This document shows, one piece after another, positions 45,138 through 55,036 of a stretch of DNA of 64,000 nucleotides (positions are counted from its first letter, which is position 1; each line of letters starts with the position of its first letter). The DNA lies in IMG/VR virus record IMGVR_UViG_3300029288_007102, positions 1-64,000 of that record. One strand, given 5' to 3'. Source of the DNA: a virus. Its lineage: Duplodnaviria; Caudoviricetes. A model generated the notes under the pieces. That model made no database searches. It was not told the origin of the DNA and saw only the letters and a program-made list of their open reading frames with translations. Position numbers and translations under genes: made by a program.

Positions 45138-45896
45138 ATGGATGAATCGATTTTTACATATGTAAATCCCAATATAACTGAAAATCCCTTTGCTCAACAG
45201 CCACAAGCTCCTCAGGAAGCACGCCAGCGGTTTAAACAGGAGAAGAAGTGGATTGTGGATGATGAGGGTGCGGAGATAGCCACTAAGCGGTATGTAGAGA
45301 CTACCGGGGATCAATTTGGGGCTTACTTTAAGAAGAAGATATATAAGAAATTCCCAACTAGGGAAGAGGCGATAGCTTATCTGGAACGCCAGGCTTTTGC
45401 TCGGAAGAGGTTCCAAGTCTATGCTAAGTCAAAAGGTTGGATCAGGTTTTCCCAGATGGACCCTATTCTTCTTAATGGTTATATTGCTGAGCTTCAGGGG
45501 GAATTTTTACGGAGTATAGCCGAGAAGGGTGTAGAGAATGTTAACGTTTCTGATACGATTTTGTCTTTTCAAAAAAGTAAAAGGTTAAGCCGGGAAACAA
45601 TGATTGATATTTTAGATAAGATGACTCAAAATGGAGATATATTAAAGGAAACTTTTGAAACATATAAATCTGTTATTCAAGAGCCAGTTGAAGTAGCAGC
45701 GGCTAAAGATGAAAGTCTAGAAAATATTAAGAAACAGATTGTCGGACTATTTCCTCAACTTAAAAAATATGATTTTGTTCTCCGGCCAGGGGATAAAGAA
45801 GGCGAATATTTATGGCAAGGTAAAGAGGGGGAAGAATTATATGGCCATATCTATAAAGTGAATATTGAAAATAAAACTTTAGAGTTGGAGGATTAA
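45138..45896 (+). CDS. Hypothetical protein
   Basis: AGGAG RBS; ERQAF, GWIRFSQ. Confidence 0.6.
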   Translation: MDESIFTYVNPNITENPFAQQPQAPQEARQRFKQEKKWIVDDEGAEIATKRYVETTGDQFGAYFKKKIYKKFPTREEAIAYLERQAFARKRFQVYAKSKGWIRFSQMDPILLNGYIAELQGEFLRSIAEKGVENVNVSDTILSFQKSKRLSRETMIDILDKMTQNGDILKETFETYKSVIQEPVEVAAAKDESLENIKKQIVGLFPQLKKYDFVLRPGDKEGEYLWQGKEGEELYGHIYKVNIENKTLELED

Positions 45897-46277
45897 ATGC
45901 CAGTAGATCAACTTAAACATAGTGAGCAAGAATTATTGAATTTGAGTGCCCAAGCTATTCCAATGGGTGCCAAATATACAGGGGCACAGACTAATACGGT
46001 AGTTATAACCCCTTCAGGTTCAACGTCGGTCGTTTGTGTCATTGGGATGGTGGTTTCTATAGATGCTGATGGCACTTTCTCCTTAAACGACAATTCCACA
46101 TCTCCGGTCACAGTTTATCCTACAACGACTGTGAAGGCGGGGATTCCTTTGGTGATTACGGGTTTAACTATATATCGTGGAGTTGCCGGGAAGAATGTGA
46201 GGTTGACATCTTCAGGATCTATCTCTGTTATGCTTTGGTATTATGAAGATACGGAAGATACAGCTGCACCAGTATAG
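45897..46277 (+). CDS. Beta-rich putative virion protein
   Basis: GGAGG RBS; Thr/Val/Gly-rich. Confidence 0.6.
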   Translation: MPVDQLKHSEQELLNLSAQAIPMGAKYTGAQTNTVVITPSGSTSVVCVIGMVVSIDADGTFSLNDNSTSPVTVYPTTTVKAGIPLVITGLTIYRGVAGKNVRLTSSGSISVMLWYYEDTEDTAAPV

Positions 46278-46285
46278 AGGTGGTT

Positions 46286-46951
46286 ATGAAAAGAAAGAGA
46301 TGGTTTGACAAACCGCTAATGCAAAAGAATGATTATGGTTCAACAAAATCTGGAAGTGGCAGGGGGTGGTATGAGATGAAAAAATTTGCCGATGAGTATA
46401 TGGATTATTCCATAGAGAAGGTTAAGGAACAGAACCCGGAACTGGGGCCAGAAGAGGTGATAGATAAGATTTCTGGTTTAGTCAAGAACCATATTGCGGA
46501 AGACGACCTGGTTAGGATTAAGAACTCTGATGAGGTAGGTATAGTTGCCTCTTTGAGTAATGGGAAATATGTAATTGATTGTGGGGATCATTTCCGAAAA
46601 GAGGAATTCTCCAATCTCCTGAAACTTACAGTGGCGGACATTGATGATAGCGTGTTCTATCGCAAGCCCTACAAAAAAGCGGAAAGTGTATGGGTGGATA
46701 CCAATCCAGTCAGAGAATGTTTGAATCTTGTGCTAGCTGACATCCCTTTTGCGGATAAAATTGCCAGCTTGCCAGATACCAACTCTTCTGTTTGTGTGTT
46801 CACGGATGGGGTAATTGGCCGGGAGGCTTTTGTTAAGACGGCCAACAAGAAAGGCAAGATCGTAGGAGAATGGGGCGGAAACGGATATCAGGTGGAGTTT
46901 GCTGATGGTACCCGTTCAGTGAGATGGCTCCAGGAATTGTTTATTTACTAG
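46286..46951 (+). CDS. Protein with two SH3/KOW-like modules
   Basis: DLVRIK...VGIV; GREAFV...GKIV...YQVEF. Confidence 0.6.
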   Translation: MKRKRWFDKPLMQKNDYGSTKSGSGRGWYEMKKFADEYMDYSIEKVKEQNPELGPEEVIDKISGLVKNHIAEDDLVRIKNSDEVGIVASLSNGKYVIDCGDHFRKEEFSNLLKLTVADIDDSVFYRKPYKKAESVWVDTNPVRECLNLVLADIPFADKIASLPDTNSSVCVFTDGVIGREAFVKTANKKGKIVGEWGGNGYQVEFADGTRSVRWLQELFIY

Positions 46952-46976
46952 AATCTTAATAGAATAGAAGGGGCGA

Positions 46977-49313
46977 ATGAACAAACCCAGACTGCTAGTC
47001 CAGATGATAGTCAGGAATGAAGCTGACCGTTATCTAAAAGAAGTATTGAAGGAAATATCAAAATCCGCTGATGAGATTATTATATTAGATGATAACTCTA
47101 CAGATAATACGGTGGAGATTTGCCGTTCTTTTCCAAAAACATATGTTGAAACCAATACCAAATGCGAATTCGTTGTGAATGAGTCTAAATTGCGAGAGAG
47201 ATTATGGGAGTGCCTGCGACTGAGAGCGAGAGATAAAGACTGGGTTTTAACTCTAGATGCCGATGAAATATTTGATGAGGCGTTCCACGCCGAACTGCCT
47301 AACCTTATGTCGTCATCTTACGATTGGGTGTCATTCCATTTACTTGATTTATGGAATAGAAAAGAGTACAGGAGAGATGGGTTTTGGAGTCCAATCGTAA
47401 CTCGCTTATTCAGATTCAAAGACCTGCCATATGGTATCTCGGGAGAGATACACTGCAAAAATATCCCTCGCTATGTATATGAAACAGACAATGGAATATG
47501 TCGATCAGACATTACCTTGAAACATCTTGGTTATCTACGGGAAGAGGATAGGGAGAAGAAGTTTCTATTCTACTCGCAGAAGTCCGTTGGGTTGGACTAT
47601 ATACACACACAAAGTATCCATGCTGAACCCAAACTAAAAAAAATCAATGGGAAATATTATAACAAGCAAATAATGATAGCTGTTCCAATTAAAGATCGTG
47701 AGTGGTGCCTCAAATCTTTCTTGGAAGGGGTTTTTAATATTGATTATTTGCGGAAATATATTACTTTATATTTTATTGTGAATGATAGTACAGATAACAC
47801 CTTTAACATCCTTAAGGATTGGAAGAATCTGGTTAGCAATTACTATAAAGATGTAATTATAGAAGTGAAGAATTTTGGCAACAGTTCTTTAAAAGAACAC
47901 GATTGGGACGATCAGAAGCTACAGAATATGTCTGTCTTGCGGAATATGTATTTGGTTAAAGCTAAAGAGCTGGACATGGATTATGTCCTGGCAATAGATA
48001 GCGATGTTCTTATTAAGGACCCTGTCTTATTGAATCACTTGCTTAACTTGGATCGTGATGTGGTGGCTGAATTGCATTGGGCTAAGTGGGACATCTTTAC
48101 TCACCCAATGCCGAATGCCTGGATCTGGGGACAGTATGAGATCACCAAACAATGGCTGGCTTTACTTAAAAGGCCATCTTGTTACCCGGCAGGTGGAGTT
48201 TGTGGGTGTACGTTGATCAGCCGGGATGTGATTGAGGCTGGTGTAGACTATAGTCGGATTTACAATCTTCCAGAGGAAATACGGGGGGAAGACAGGTTCT
48301 TTTGTATAAGTGCCCATGCCCACAAGTTTACTACTTGGATAGACACCTGTTATCCTTGTGAGCATATGGAGATGGATCCGGTCTTAAAACTTAAAAAGTT
48401 GACTCAGAGGAAGAAACACACCATTTCCTTTGGGATGATGGTCAAGAATGAGGAAAATTACATACAGCAGGCGATTTCCTGCATAAAGCCTATAGTGGAT
48501 GAATGCATTGTTGTAGATACGGGCAGTTTTGACAAGACGGTGCCGCTAGCAAAGGATTTAGGGGCCAAAGTGATAGAGACGACCTGGGAGAGGGACTACT
48601 CTAAGCCAAGGAATTTGTACTTAGAGGCCGCCACTGGCGATTGGATTCTATATCTGGATGCGGATGAGTATATCCGGCCAGAGGATTTAGGGAAGTTGAT
48701 TGATCTGGTAAATGATGATACGGTTGATGCTTATCTCTTTACAGTGAAGAACTTCCTTGAGGACCCGGGGAAGAAAGATAAGGCCAAATATGCCCTTACT
48801 GAGTCATACAGGCTCTTTAAGAGATCTCCGGCTATAAGATTCACCAGGACAATCCATGAAGGGATAGAAGATTCTCTGATAGCGGAATCGGAAAAGAGAG
48901 AGGTTAAGATTAAGGCTACTGACATTCCGATATTGCATTTTGGTTATATCCGGGAAGATTGCAAAAATAAACACAAGTTCTACGCAGAACTCTATGAAGA
49001 ACGGCTTAGGAAAGATGAACGGGATGAAGAGGCTGCGATGAGCCTGGCTCTACATTATCTAAGTGAAAAAGAAATTCGTAAAGCAGAAGATATTTATTTG
49101 CGGGTGATCTATCATAATAATGCGAATTGGCGGGCATTGAACAATCTGGGGGTAATCTTGCGGCACAAAGAAGATTGTTCGGAAGCCAGGTCGTATTTTG
49201 AGGCAGCTAGAGATTATATGCCTAAAAACATTAATCCTTTATATAAGTTAAAAGTTGAAGAGAATTTGAATGCGGTTAAAAATAAGAACCTTATGGAAGA
49301 CGTAATCGCATAG
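46977..49313 (+). CDS. Triple GT2-family glycosyltransferase with C-terminal TPRs
   Basis: MIVRNE...DDNSTD...LDADE; AVP...NDSTD...IDSD...GED; MMVKNEE...DTGS.D...LDADE...HFGY; ALNNLG TPR. Confidence 0.88.
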   Translation: MNKPRLLVQMIVRNEADRYLKEVLKEISKSADEIIILDDNSTDNTVEICRSFPKTYVETNTKCEFVVNESKLRERLWECLRLRARDKDWVLTLDADEIFDEAFHAELPNLMSSSYDWVSFHLLDLWNRKEYRRDGFWSPIVTRLFRFKDLPYGISGEIHCKNIPRYVYETDNGICRSDITLKHLGYLREEDREKKFLFYSQKSVGLDYIHTQSIHAEPKLKKINGKYYNKQIMIAVPIKDREWCLKSFLEGVFNIDYLRKYITLYFIVNDSTDNTFNILKDWKNLVSNYYKDVIIEVKNFGNSSLKEHDWDDQKLQNMSVLRNMYLVKAKELDMDYVLAIDSDVLIKDPVLLNHLLNLDRDVVAELHWAKWDIFTHPMPNAWIWGQYEITKQWLALLKRPSCYPAGGVCGCTLISRDVIEAGVDYSRIYNLPEEIRGEDRFFCISAHAHKFTTWIDTCYPCEHMEMDPVLKLKKLTQRKKHTISFGMMVKNEENYIQQAISCIKPIVDECIVVDTGSFDKTVPLAKDLGAKVIETTWERDYSKPRNLYLEAATGDWILYLDADEYIRPEDLGKLIDLVNDDTVDAYLFTVKNFLEDPGKKDKAKYALTESYRLFKRSPAIRFTRTIHEGIEDSLIAESEKREVKIKATDIPILHFGYIREDCKNKHKFYAELYEERLRKDERDEEAAMSLALHYLSEKEIRKAEDIYLRVIYHNNANWRALNNLGVILRHKEDCSEARSYFEAARDYMPKNINPLYKLKVEENLNAVKNKNLMEDVIA

Positions 49314-49405
49314 GAAAGCCGAAAGAGGTGCCACAAGACAGGGGGAGGTGTTATTCTGAATGTCTAAATAGGGCACAAAGAGTGAAAATTAATCAGGAGG
49401 TAACA

Positions 49406-50338
49406 ATGGTAGACGAGAAACCTAAAGGCAAGAAATGGCTGAAATGGCTGATTGGCGTCATTGTGGTCCTAGCTCTCATCTGGGCTGTGATGGCTATAGT
49501 AAAACCTAAACCTGTCGCAGCGGCAGAGTTGGGCGGAATTGTAAGCGTGTTCACGCAAGACAAGCAAGACTCTAATGTAACTAACGTGAAAGACAACCTG
49601 ATCAGATTAGATCTGACACAGGCGATTGACAAGAAAACCAGTTTGAAGATTGAGACTGACCTAGTTCGTGGCAAAGCAATTGTCAACGAGGGCTGGATCA
49701 ATTTGAAATTGGCTGACAAAATCAATCTAAAGGCTGGCAAGTTCTTGCTGCCAGCTGGTTATGCCTCACAACTTTCCCCGGCTGACCAAAAGCTAATAAT
49801 GCAACCGCTTTTTGGTAATGCCTACGACAGTGGTGTAGGTCTTATTGGTACAGCAGGTCCAGCGGACTATTCCGTTGCTTTGGTTAATGGTGATACCAAA
49901 AATAACACCTACGACCTTAATGGAAAAGTCTCAATGGATTTCCTGCCAGAGTACAAAGTCAATGCTGGTATTTCCTATATTTCAGGAAATGCAGGCGTAG
50001 ATAATGAAAAGTTCCAGACCATTGGCATTGGTGCAACAGCTGTGGTATCTAAAGTCGCTTTGATGGCGGAAGCCTTCCAGAGTAAAGATGTTTTGGACAT
50101 CTCTAGTAAGGATATATATATCCAGGCTAGTATGGATCTGAAGACTTGGGAACCAGTTGCTAGAATCGAAAGAGTTAATCCTAATATAGAAACTGATAAC
50201 GAGGCAGTCACTACGACTACTATAGGGGTTAATATCCCGGTTTATGCAGCGAAGTTGTCTATCAACTATGAGATGCCGAGGGAAGTTGAAGAGATCAACA
50301 ACGATCGGTTAATGGCTCAGCTATTGGTGAAGTTCTAG
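49406..50338 (+). CDS. Outer-membrane porin (phosphate-selective OprO/P-like)
   Basis: N-terminal hydrophobic segment ending AAA; LKAGKF..P.G; amphipathic strands; C-terminal Phe (LLVKF). Confidence 0.7.
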   Translation: MVDEKPKGKKWLKWLIGVIVVLALIWAVMAIVKPKPVAAAELGGIVSVFTQDKQDSNVTNVKDNLIRLDLTQAIDKKTSLKIETDLVRGKAIVNEGWINLKLADKINLKAGKFLLPAGYASQLSPADQKLIMQPLFGNAYDSGVGLIGTAGPADYSVALVNGDTKNNTYDLNGKVSMDFLPEYKVNAGISYISGNAGVDNEKFQTIGIGATAVVSKVALMAEAFQSKDVLDISSKDIYIQASMDLKTWEPVARIERVNPNIETDNEAVTTTTIGVNIPVYAAKLSINYEMPREVEEINNDRLMAQLLVKF

Positions 50339-50360
50339 TTCTTTGAACTAAGATGAGAAT

Positions 50361-50564
50361 AGGATTGTTGAGGGAAACACTGAGTGGTTAGTCGCCATTC
50401 TTTAGGGGGTTAGCGAGTGTGGAGAGGAAAGCCTGGACACACAAACTGATAAATCCCAGACCTAACTATCAAGGTGCAATCCGGGGCTGGAGAATCCAGA
50501 TAAGCCAAAGACTCTGAAAAGAGAAACTAGGTAAGATGACACCCAACATGATAGTAACAATCCT
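50361..50564 (+). ncRNA. Unassigned structured RNA candidate (~204 nt)
   Basis: Closing stem AGGATTGTT/AACAATCCT, ACTATCA/TGATAGT, GTGTG/CACAC, GAGTGG/CCATTC, CTCT-GAAA-AGAG; followed by U-rich tract. Confidence 0.5.
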
Positions 50565-50667
50565 TTTTCTTCTCCTTTTAAGACCTTAAATGGTTAATAA
50601 GTGAGCTTGCCCACTTTAATTGGTAAGTAAATAAAAGGCTGTGGAAACAGCTAATAGGAGGCTGCAA

Positions 50668-51546
50668 ATGTATAGAAGTGGCTATGTAGCAAGTGTACGG
50701 TGTAAGGGCAAGAATTATGAGGGGGATACGATCCGTCTGCCGTTCAATGCAGAGTACGAACTTTTTCTCAAGAACAAAACAGATAAGGATTGTGTGTGTG
50801 ACATCTATGTGGATGGCAAGAGGATTGGCAAGCATGAGTTAATCATCAGGGCTCACTCAGACTATTTACTGGAGCGGTTTATAGGTGAGAGTTTAACATC
50901 CGGTCAGAGATTTAAATTTGTTCCTTTAACAGGAGATGAAGTCTCTGACAAGAAGAATCCGGAGAATGGGATTATAGAGGCAAGGTTTTATCCGGCTAGA
51001 AATTATGACTGGCGTACAGTGAAGAAGCCGGATCCGATAGTGATAGAGAAACACATCTATCATCACGAAGATCATTATTACCATCCTCCATATTACCATC
51101 CCAGGCCTTATCAGCCATATCCAATTTGGTATTATGTTGGAGATAATCTTAATTGGAATGGGACTATTGGTAGCGGGACAACAACAAATTGTACACTTGG
51201 GCTTGACAATATAGCGAGTGGCTGTTCCCATACTTTTGATTCTAATTCTCTTAAGTTTACCAGCAGTCTTGATTCAAAAGGCGTTGGCGAGAACGTTGAA
51301 ACTAAGTTGGCTATCCAACAGGAAGAGGCCGGGGCAACAGTAGGTGGGAGTGAAAGCCGACAGGTTTTTGGGGAAGCAGATATAGATGTGGACCGTAGTA
51401 TAGTTACAGTCATCAAATTAAAGATTGTAGGTTATTCAGCTGAGGAAGATATTGAAGAATTGAAAGGTTTTTGTGGCAAATGTGGAATAAAGATTTCTTC
51501 TGAGAATGATAAGTTTTGCCGCAATTGTGGAGAAAAAATAAAATAG
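50668..51546 (+). CDS. Hypothetical protein with C-terminal Zn ribbon
   Basis: LPF..EY...LKN...DIYVDG...GIIEARF; His/Tyr/Pro-rich linker; CGKC...CRNCG. Confidence 0.7.
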   Translation: MYRSGYVASVRCKGKNYEGDTIRLPFNAEYELFLKNKTDKDCVCDIYVDGKRIGKHELIIRAHSDYLLERFIGESLTSGQRFKFVPLTGDEVSDKKNPENGIIEARFYPARNYDWRTVKKPDPIVIEKHIYHHEDHYYHPPYYHPRPYQPYPIWYYVGDNLNWNGTIGSGTTTNCTLGLDNIASGCSHTFDSNSLKFTSSLDSKGVGENVETKLAIQQEEAGATVGGSESRQVFGEADIDVDRSIVTVIKLKIVGYSAEEDIEELKGFCGKCGIKISSENDKFCRNCGEKIK

Positions 51547-51562
51547 GAAAGGAGAGAGGATA

Positions 51563-51697
51563 ATGAAAATTTTAAAATGGGTAATAATTGTGGTGGTGCT
51601 TATTTTAATTGTATGGGCAATTAAGGCAAAGGTTAATTCAATAAAAGTAGCACCAGCTGTCTCAACAGGTACTGTGGCAACAGAAATAGCGAAATAG
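51563..51697 (+). CDS. Small membrane protein (44 aa, not in ORF track)
   Basis: MKILKWVIIVVVLILIVWAIK; GAGG RBS. Confidence 0.6.
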   Translation: MKILKWVIIVVVLILIVWAIKAKVNSIKVAPAVSTGTVATEIAK

Positions 51698-51831
51698 GAA
51701 GTGGGTGGAGGTAGTGAAGCAAAAAGTCCTCCTCACTAGTTGATTAATGCAGATCTGGCTTCCACCCCTCCCTTTTAACTGAATATATTGGTGAATGAAT
51801 TTTTGATTAATTCTTTTAAGAAGAGTTATAA

Positions 51832-52866
51832 ATGCCCAATTTTCCTACAACACTAGATGACAATGCTTCGCTACATGTAGCGAAGAATAACTTATATACG
51901 ACATTATCTTCTCAACTTCTGATCGGTGAGACTACCACTATGACAGTGGCATCTACTGTAGGTTGGGACAGTTCAGGATATCTCTCTGTAGACAATGAAA
52001 TCATCTATTATGCCACCACTGATGCAACTCATTTCTTAACTTTAACCAGAGCAAGAGACAACACTTCTGCTGCACAGCATGAAGTAGGAGCAGTTGTAGA
52101 ATTAAGACCTGTGGCAATGCATCATAATGATCCCAAGGATGCTATTGTTGCTTTAGAAACAAAAGTTGGAGTGGACAGTTCTGCTGTCATTACATCTTTA
52201 GACTATCAATTGAAAAGCTCCTCATCTGTAAATCCAGGTCATTTACATGACACATTACAGAATTTGACTTTGACTGGTGGAGCAGATAGTACAGCAAAAT
52301 TGTCTGTGGTTGCATCTGATACTACTCATGTTGTTGATGTGGATGTGATAAGCAAGAAACTAAAAGTTAATAATGAGCTGGAGTTTCAAACTGACTCTAT
52401 CATATCAAATTCATCAGGAGTTTTAACTATAGGAAGTGCATCAGCACAAACCTATTTTGGTCCAGATGGTGGTGCTACAGATCATCATATCTTTTTAGAG
52501 AATGGATCTATAGCTGAGAGATATACAAATTCTGCATCTGCTGTTGCAGTAGGACAAGCTGTTTATATATTAGCAGCTGACACAGTTGCTTTAGCAAAGG
52601 CTGATGCAATAGCAACTATGCCAGCTATAGGAGTGGTTGTTGCTACTCCTACAACTACATCTTGTTTTGTTTCTAAGATTTGTAGAATTGGTGGGCTTAG
52701 CTTTGCTTCTGCAGGGTTGAATGTTTATATCTCAACTGCAACAGCTGGATCTCTGCAAACATCTGTTCCATCTGGAGCAAATGCTGTGGTTCAAAAGGTT
52801 GGGAAATCTAGGAGCACAACAGATTTAGATATCAATATAGATCAGCAGTTTTTAGTTTTACAATAA
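51832..52866 (+). CDS. Virion fibre/appendage protein
   Basis: MPNFPTTLD, HHND.KDAIVALETKVG, C-terminal cement-like AKADA..TMPAIGVV. Confidence 0.7.
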   Translation: MPNFPTTLDDNASLHVAKNNLYTTLSSQLLIGETTTMTVASTVGWDSSGYLSVDNEIIYYATTDATHFLTLTRARDNTSAAQHEVGAVVELRPVAMHHNDPKDAIVALETKVGVDSSAVITSLDYQLKSSSSVNPGHLHDTLQNLTLTGGADSTAKLSVVASDTTHVVDVDVISKKLKVNNELEFQTDSIISNSSGVLTIGSASAQTYFGPDGGATDHHIFLENGSIAERYTNSASAVAVGQAVYILAADTVALAKADAIATMPAIGVVVATPTTTSCFVSKICRIGGLSFASAGLNVYISTATAGSLQTSVPSGANAVVQKVGKSRSTTDLDINIDQQFLVLQ

Positions 52867-52878
52867 GGACATCTATGT

Positions 52879-55026
52879 ATGGCAAATCAAGAGATTGATT
52901 ATATGGAATATTCTACTGATGTATTAGCTCAGGATGCATATGTATCTGATGCTGGTGGAGTAGCTACAGGTGGAACAATAACTACAGTTGATGGAGATAA
53001 AGTTCATACATTTACTTCTAGTGGAACTTTTACTCCAGCAAATTCAGGAAATGTTAGAGTTCTGGTTGTAGCTGGAGGAGGTGGTGGTGGATCTCGTATT
53101 GGTGGTGCAGGTGGAGGTGGAGGTGTCTGCTATCAAGCAGTAAGAGCAGTAACAGCTGGTACACCTTATACAGTAACAGTAGGGTCTGGTGGAGCTAGAG
53201 GAACTGGTGCAAGCTCACTGTCATCTGGCACAACAGGAAATAACTCTATTTTTGACACAATAACAGCTCTTGGCGGTGGCGGGGGTGGAGCTTATGGAGT
53301 TTCTAGTGGTAAGAATGGTGGATCAGGTGGCGGTGGCAGCTATAGCAATACAGCTGCTGGTACAAAAACTCAAGGAGACTCTGGAGGAGCTACAGGATAT
53401 GGAAATAATGGGGGAGCTGGAAACAACACATATCTTTATCAAGGAGCTGGAGGCGGTGGAGCAGGAAGTGTAGGAGAAACAGTTCATGATAGCAATGGTG
53501 GTAATGGAGGAGCAGGATATTCAAGTGATATTTCTGGCTCTGCTGTAAGTTATGGCGGTGGAGGCGGAGGATGCTCAAATTCTGGAACTCCTGGAACAGG
53601 AAATGGCGGAGGAGGTAATGGAAGTTCTGGATCCAGCAATGCTTCAGATGGAACTTCTAATACAGGCGGTGGCGGTGGAGGAGCAAGGAATATTTCAGAT
53701 TCAGGATCTGTAGTTGGTGGTAATGGAGGATCTGGAGTTGTGATAGTTAGGTACACTCCTGTTGCAGATTATCAGTGCTACAGTGAGTCCACGATAAAGA
53801 CTCAAGGATCCTATTCTTTAAGGTGTGTAGGATCAGTTTCAACTAGTTTAAATAAAACTTTAGTTAAAACACTTTCTACTCATTATAATTTAGAAAATGT
53901 TATGTCTCTGTATTTTGATCTTCGTGCTAGCAGGACAGGTGGAAATATTAAGATTGGATTACACAATGCTCAGTCATCTGGTGGAACAATAACTACATTT
54001 GACAGATATACCATTCACACCTTTACTTCTAGTGGAACTTTTGTTCCCTCGGTGTCGGGTGACATTTCTGTTCTGGTTGTAGCTGGAGGAGGTGGTGGGG
54101 GCTCTCGTATTGGAGGCGGTGGTGGTGGAGGAGGAGTCTGCTATCAAGAGTCTAGGGCTGTAGTTGGAGGGACATCTTATACAGTAACAGTAGGGTCTGG
54201 TGGTGCTGGTGGAGTCGGGAAGAGCTTGTCACCAGGAACGACAGGAAATAATTCTATTTTTGATACCATAGTCTCAAATGGCGGTGGTGGTGGAGGAGCC
54301 TATGGATATTCGAATGGAAAGAGTGGCGGATCTGGAGGTGGAGGAGTCTACAGCAATAGAACTGCTGGATCTAAAACTCAAGGAGATATTGGTGGAGCAT
54401 CAGGATATGGTAATGATGGAGGAACAGGAAATAATAGCTATTATTGTGGATCTGGTGGTGGTGGAGGAGGAAGTATAGGAGTTTCTGTTAGTGCTGATGC
54501 TGGTGGAAATGGAGGAACAGGATATTCAAGTAGTATATCAGGATCTTCTGTTTCATATGGCGGTGGTGGTGGCGGATGTGGAAATACAGCAAATGCTGGA
54601 ATAGGAAGAGGTGGCGGAGGAGATGGCTCTGTATCTGGAGCGAGTGCTTCAGATGGAACTTCTAATACAGGCGGTGGCGGTGGAGGAGCAAGGAATATTT
54701 CAGATTCAGGATCTGTAGTTGGTGGTAATGGAGGATCTGGAGTTGTGATAGTTAGGTACCTAACTAGCTCACAAGCATCATCTGATTGTGATATAGAGAT
54801 AGCTCCTAGCATTTTGGTGGCAGACTCCTTTCAAACAGTTTATTTGAATTTGTCTGCTATTAGGAATGATTTTAAAAGCAATATAGATAGAATAACTATA
54901 ACAAATATAAATGCTGATTCTGATAATACTTTTTATATAGACAATTTTTATGCTATAGCAGGAGAAGGTCCTGTTGCTCATCGTATTGCTGGAGTTAATA
55001 TTCTTGGTGAACTTAGATTTATTTAA
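52879..55026 (+). CDS. Glycine-rich fibre protein with two tandem Gly-rich domains
   Basis: HTFTSSGTF..VLVVAGGGGGG...GGSGVVIVRY occurs twice, 335 aa apart. Confidence 0.8.
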   Translation: MANQEIDYMEYSTDVLAQDAYVSDAGGVATGGTITTVDGDKVHTFTSSGTFTPANSGNVRVLVVAGGGGGGSRIGGAGGGGGVCYQAVRAVTAGTPYTVTVGSGGARGTGASSLSSGTTGNNSIFDTITALGGGGGGAYGVSSGKNGGSGGGGSYSNTAAGTKTQGDSGGATGYGNNGGAGNNTYLYQGAGGGGAGSVGETVHDSNGGNGGAGYSSDISGSAVSYGGGGGGCSNSGTPGTGNGGGGNGSSGSSNASDGTSNTGGGGGGARNISDSGSVVGGNGGSGVVIVRYTPVADYQCYSESTIKTQGSYSLRCVGSVSTSLNKTLVKTLSTHYNLENVMSLYFDLRASRTGGNIKIGLHNAQSSGGTITTFDRYTIHTFTSSGTFVPSVSGDISVLVVAGGGGGGSRIGGGGGGGGVCYQESRAVVGGTSYTVTVGSGGAGGVGKSLSPGTTGNNSIFDTIVSNGGGGGGAYGYSNGKSGGSGGGGVYSNRTAGSKTQGDIGGASGYGNDGGTGNNSYYCGSGGGGGGSIGVSVSADAGGNGGTGYSSSISGSSVSYGGGGGGCGNTANAGIGRGGGGDGSVSGASASDGTSNTGGGGGGARNISDSGSVVGGNGGSGVVIVRYLTSSQASSDCDIEIAPSILVADSFQTVYLNLSAIRNDFKSNIDRITITNINADSDNTFYIDNFYAIAGEGPVAHRIAGVNILGELRFI
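53640..54759 (+). repeat. 115-bp identical direct repeat (53640-53754 = 54645-54759)
   Basis: TGCTTCAGATGGAAC...GTTAGGTAC identical in both copies. Confidence 0.9.
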
Positions 55027-55036
55027 GGAGATATAA

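Noticed and set aside
50380-50560. RNase P RNA (AGTCGCC, GAGGAAAG, CTAG..ATGAC words)
   Set aside because: The 3' conserved ACAGAA.CCGGCTTA strand needed for P4 is absent at the expected place and the GAGGAAAG segment forms a local hairpin; kept only as unassigned RNA
53640-54759. Diversity-generating retroelement TR/VR pair
   Set aside because: Copies are identical (no adenine-specific differences), both lie in one ORF, and no reverse transcriptase is in the window
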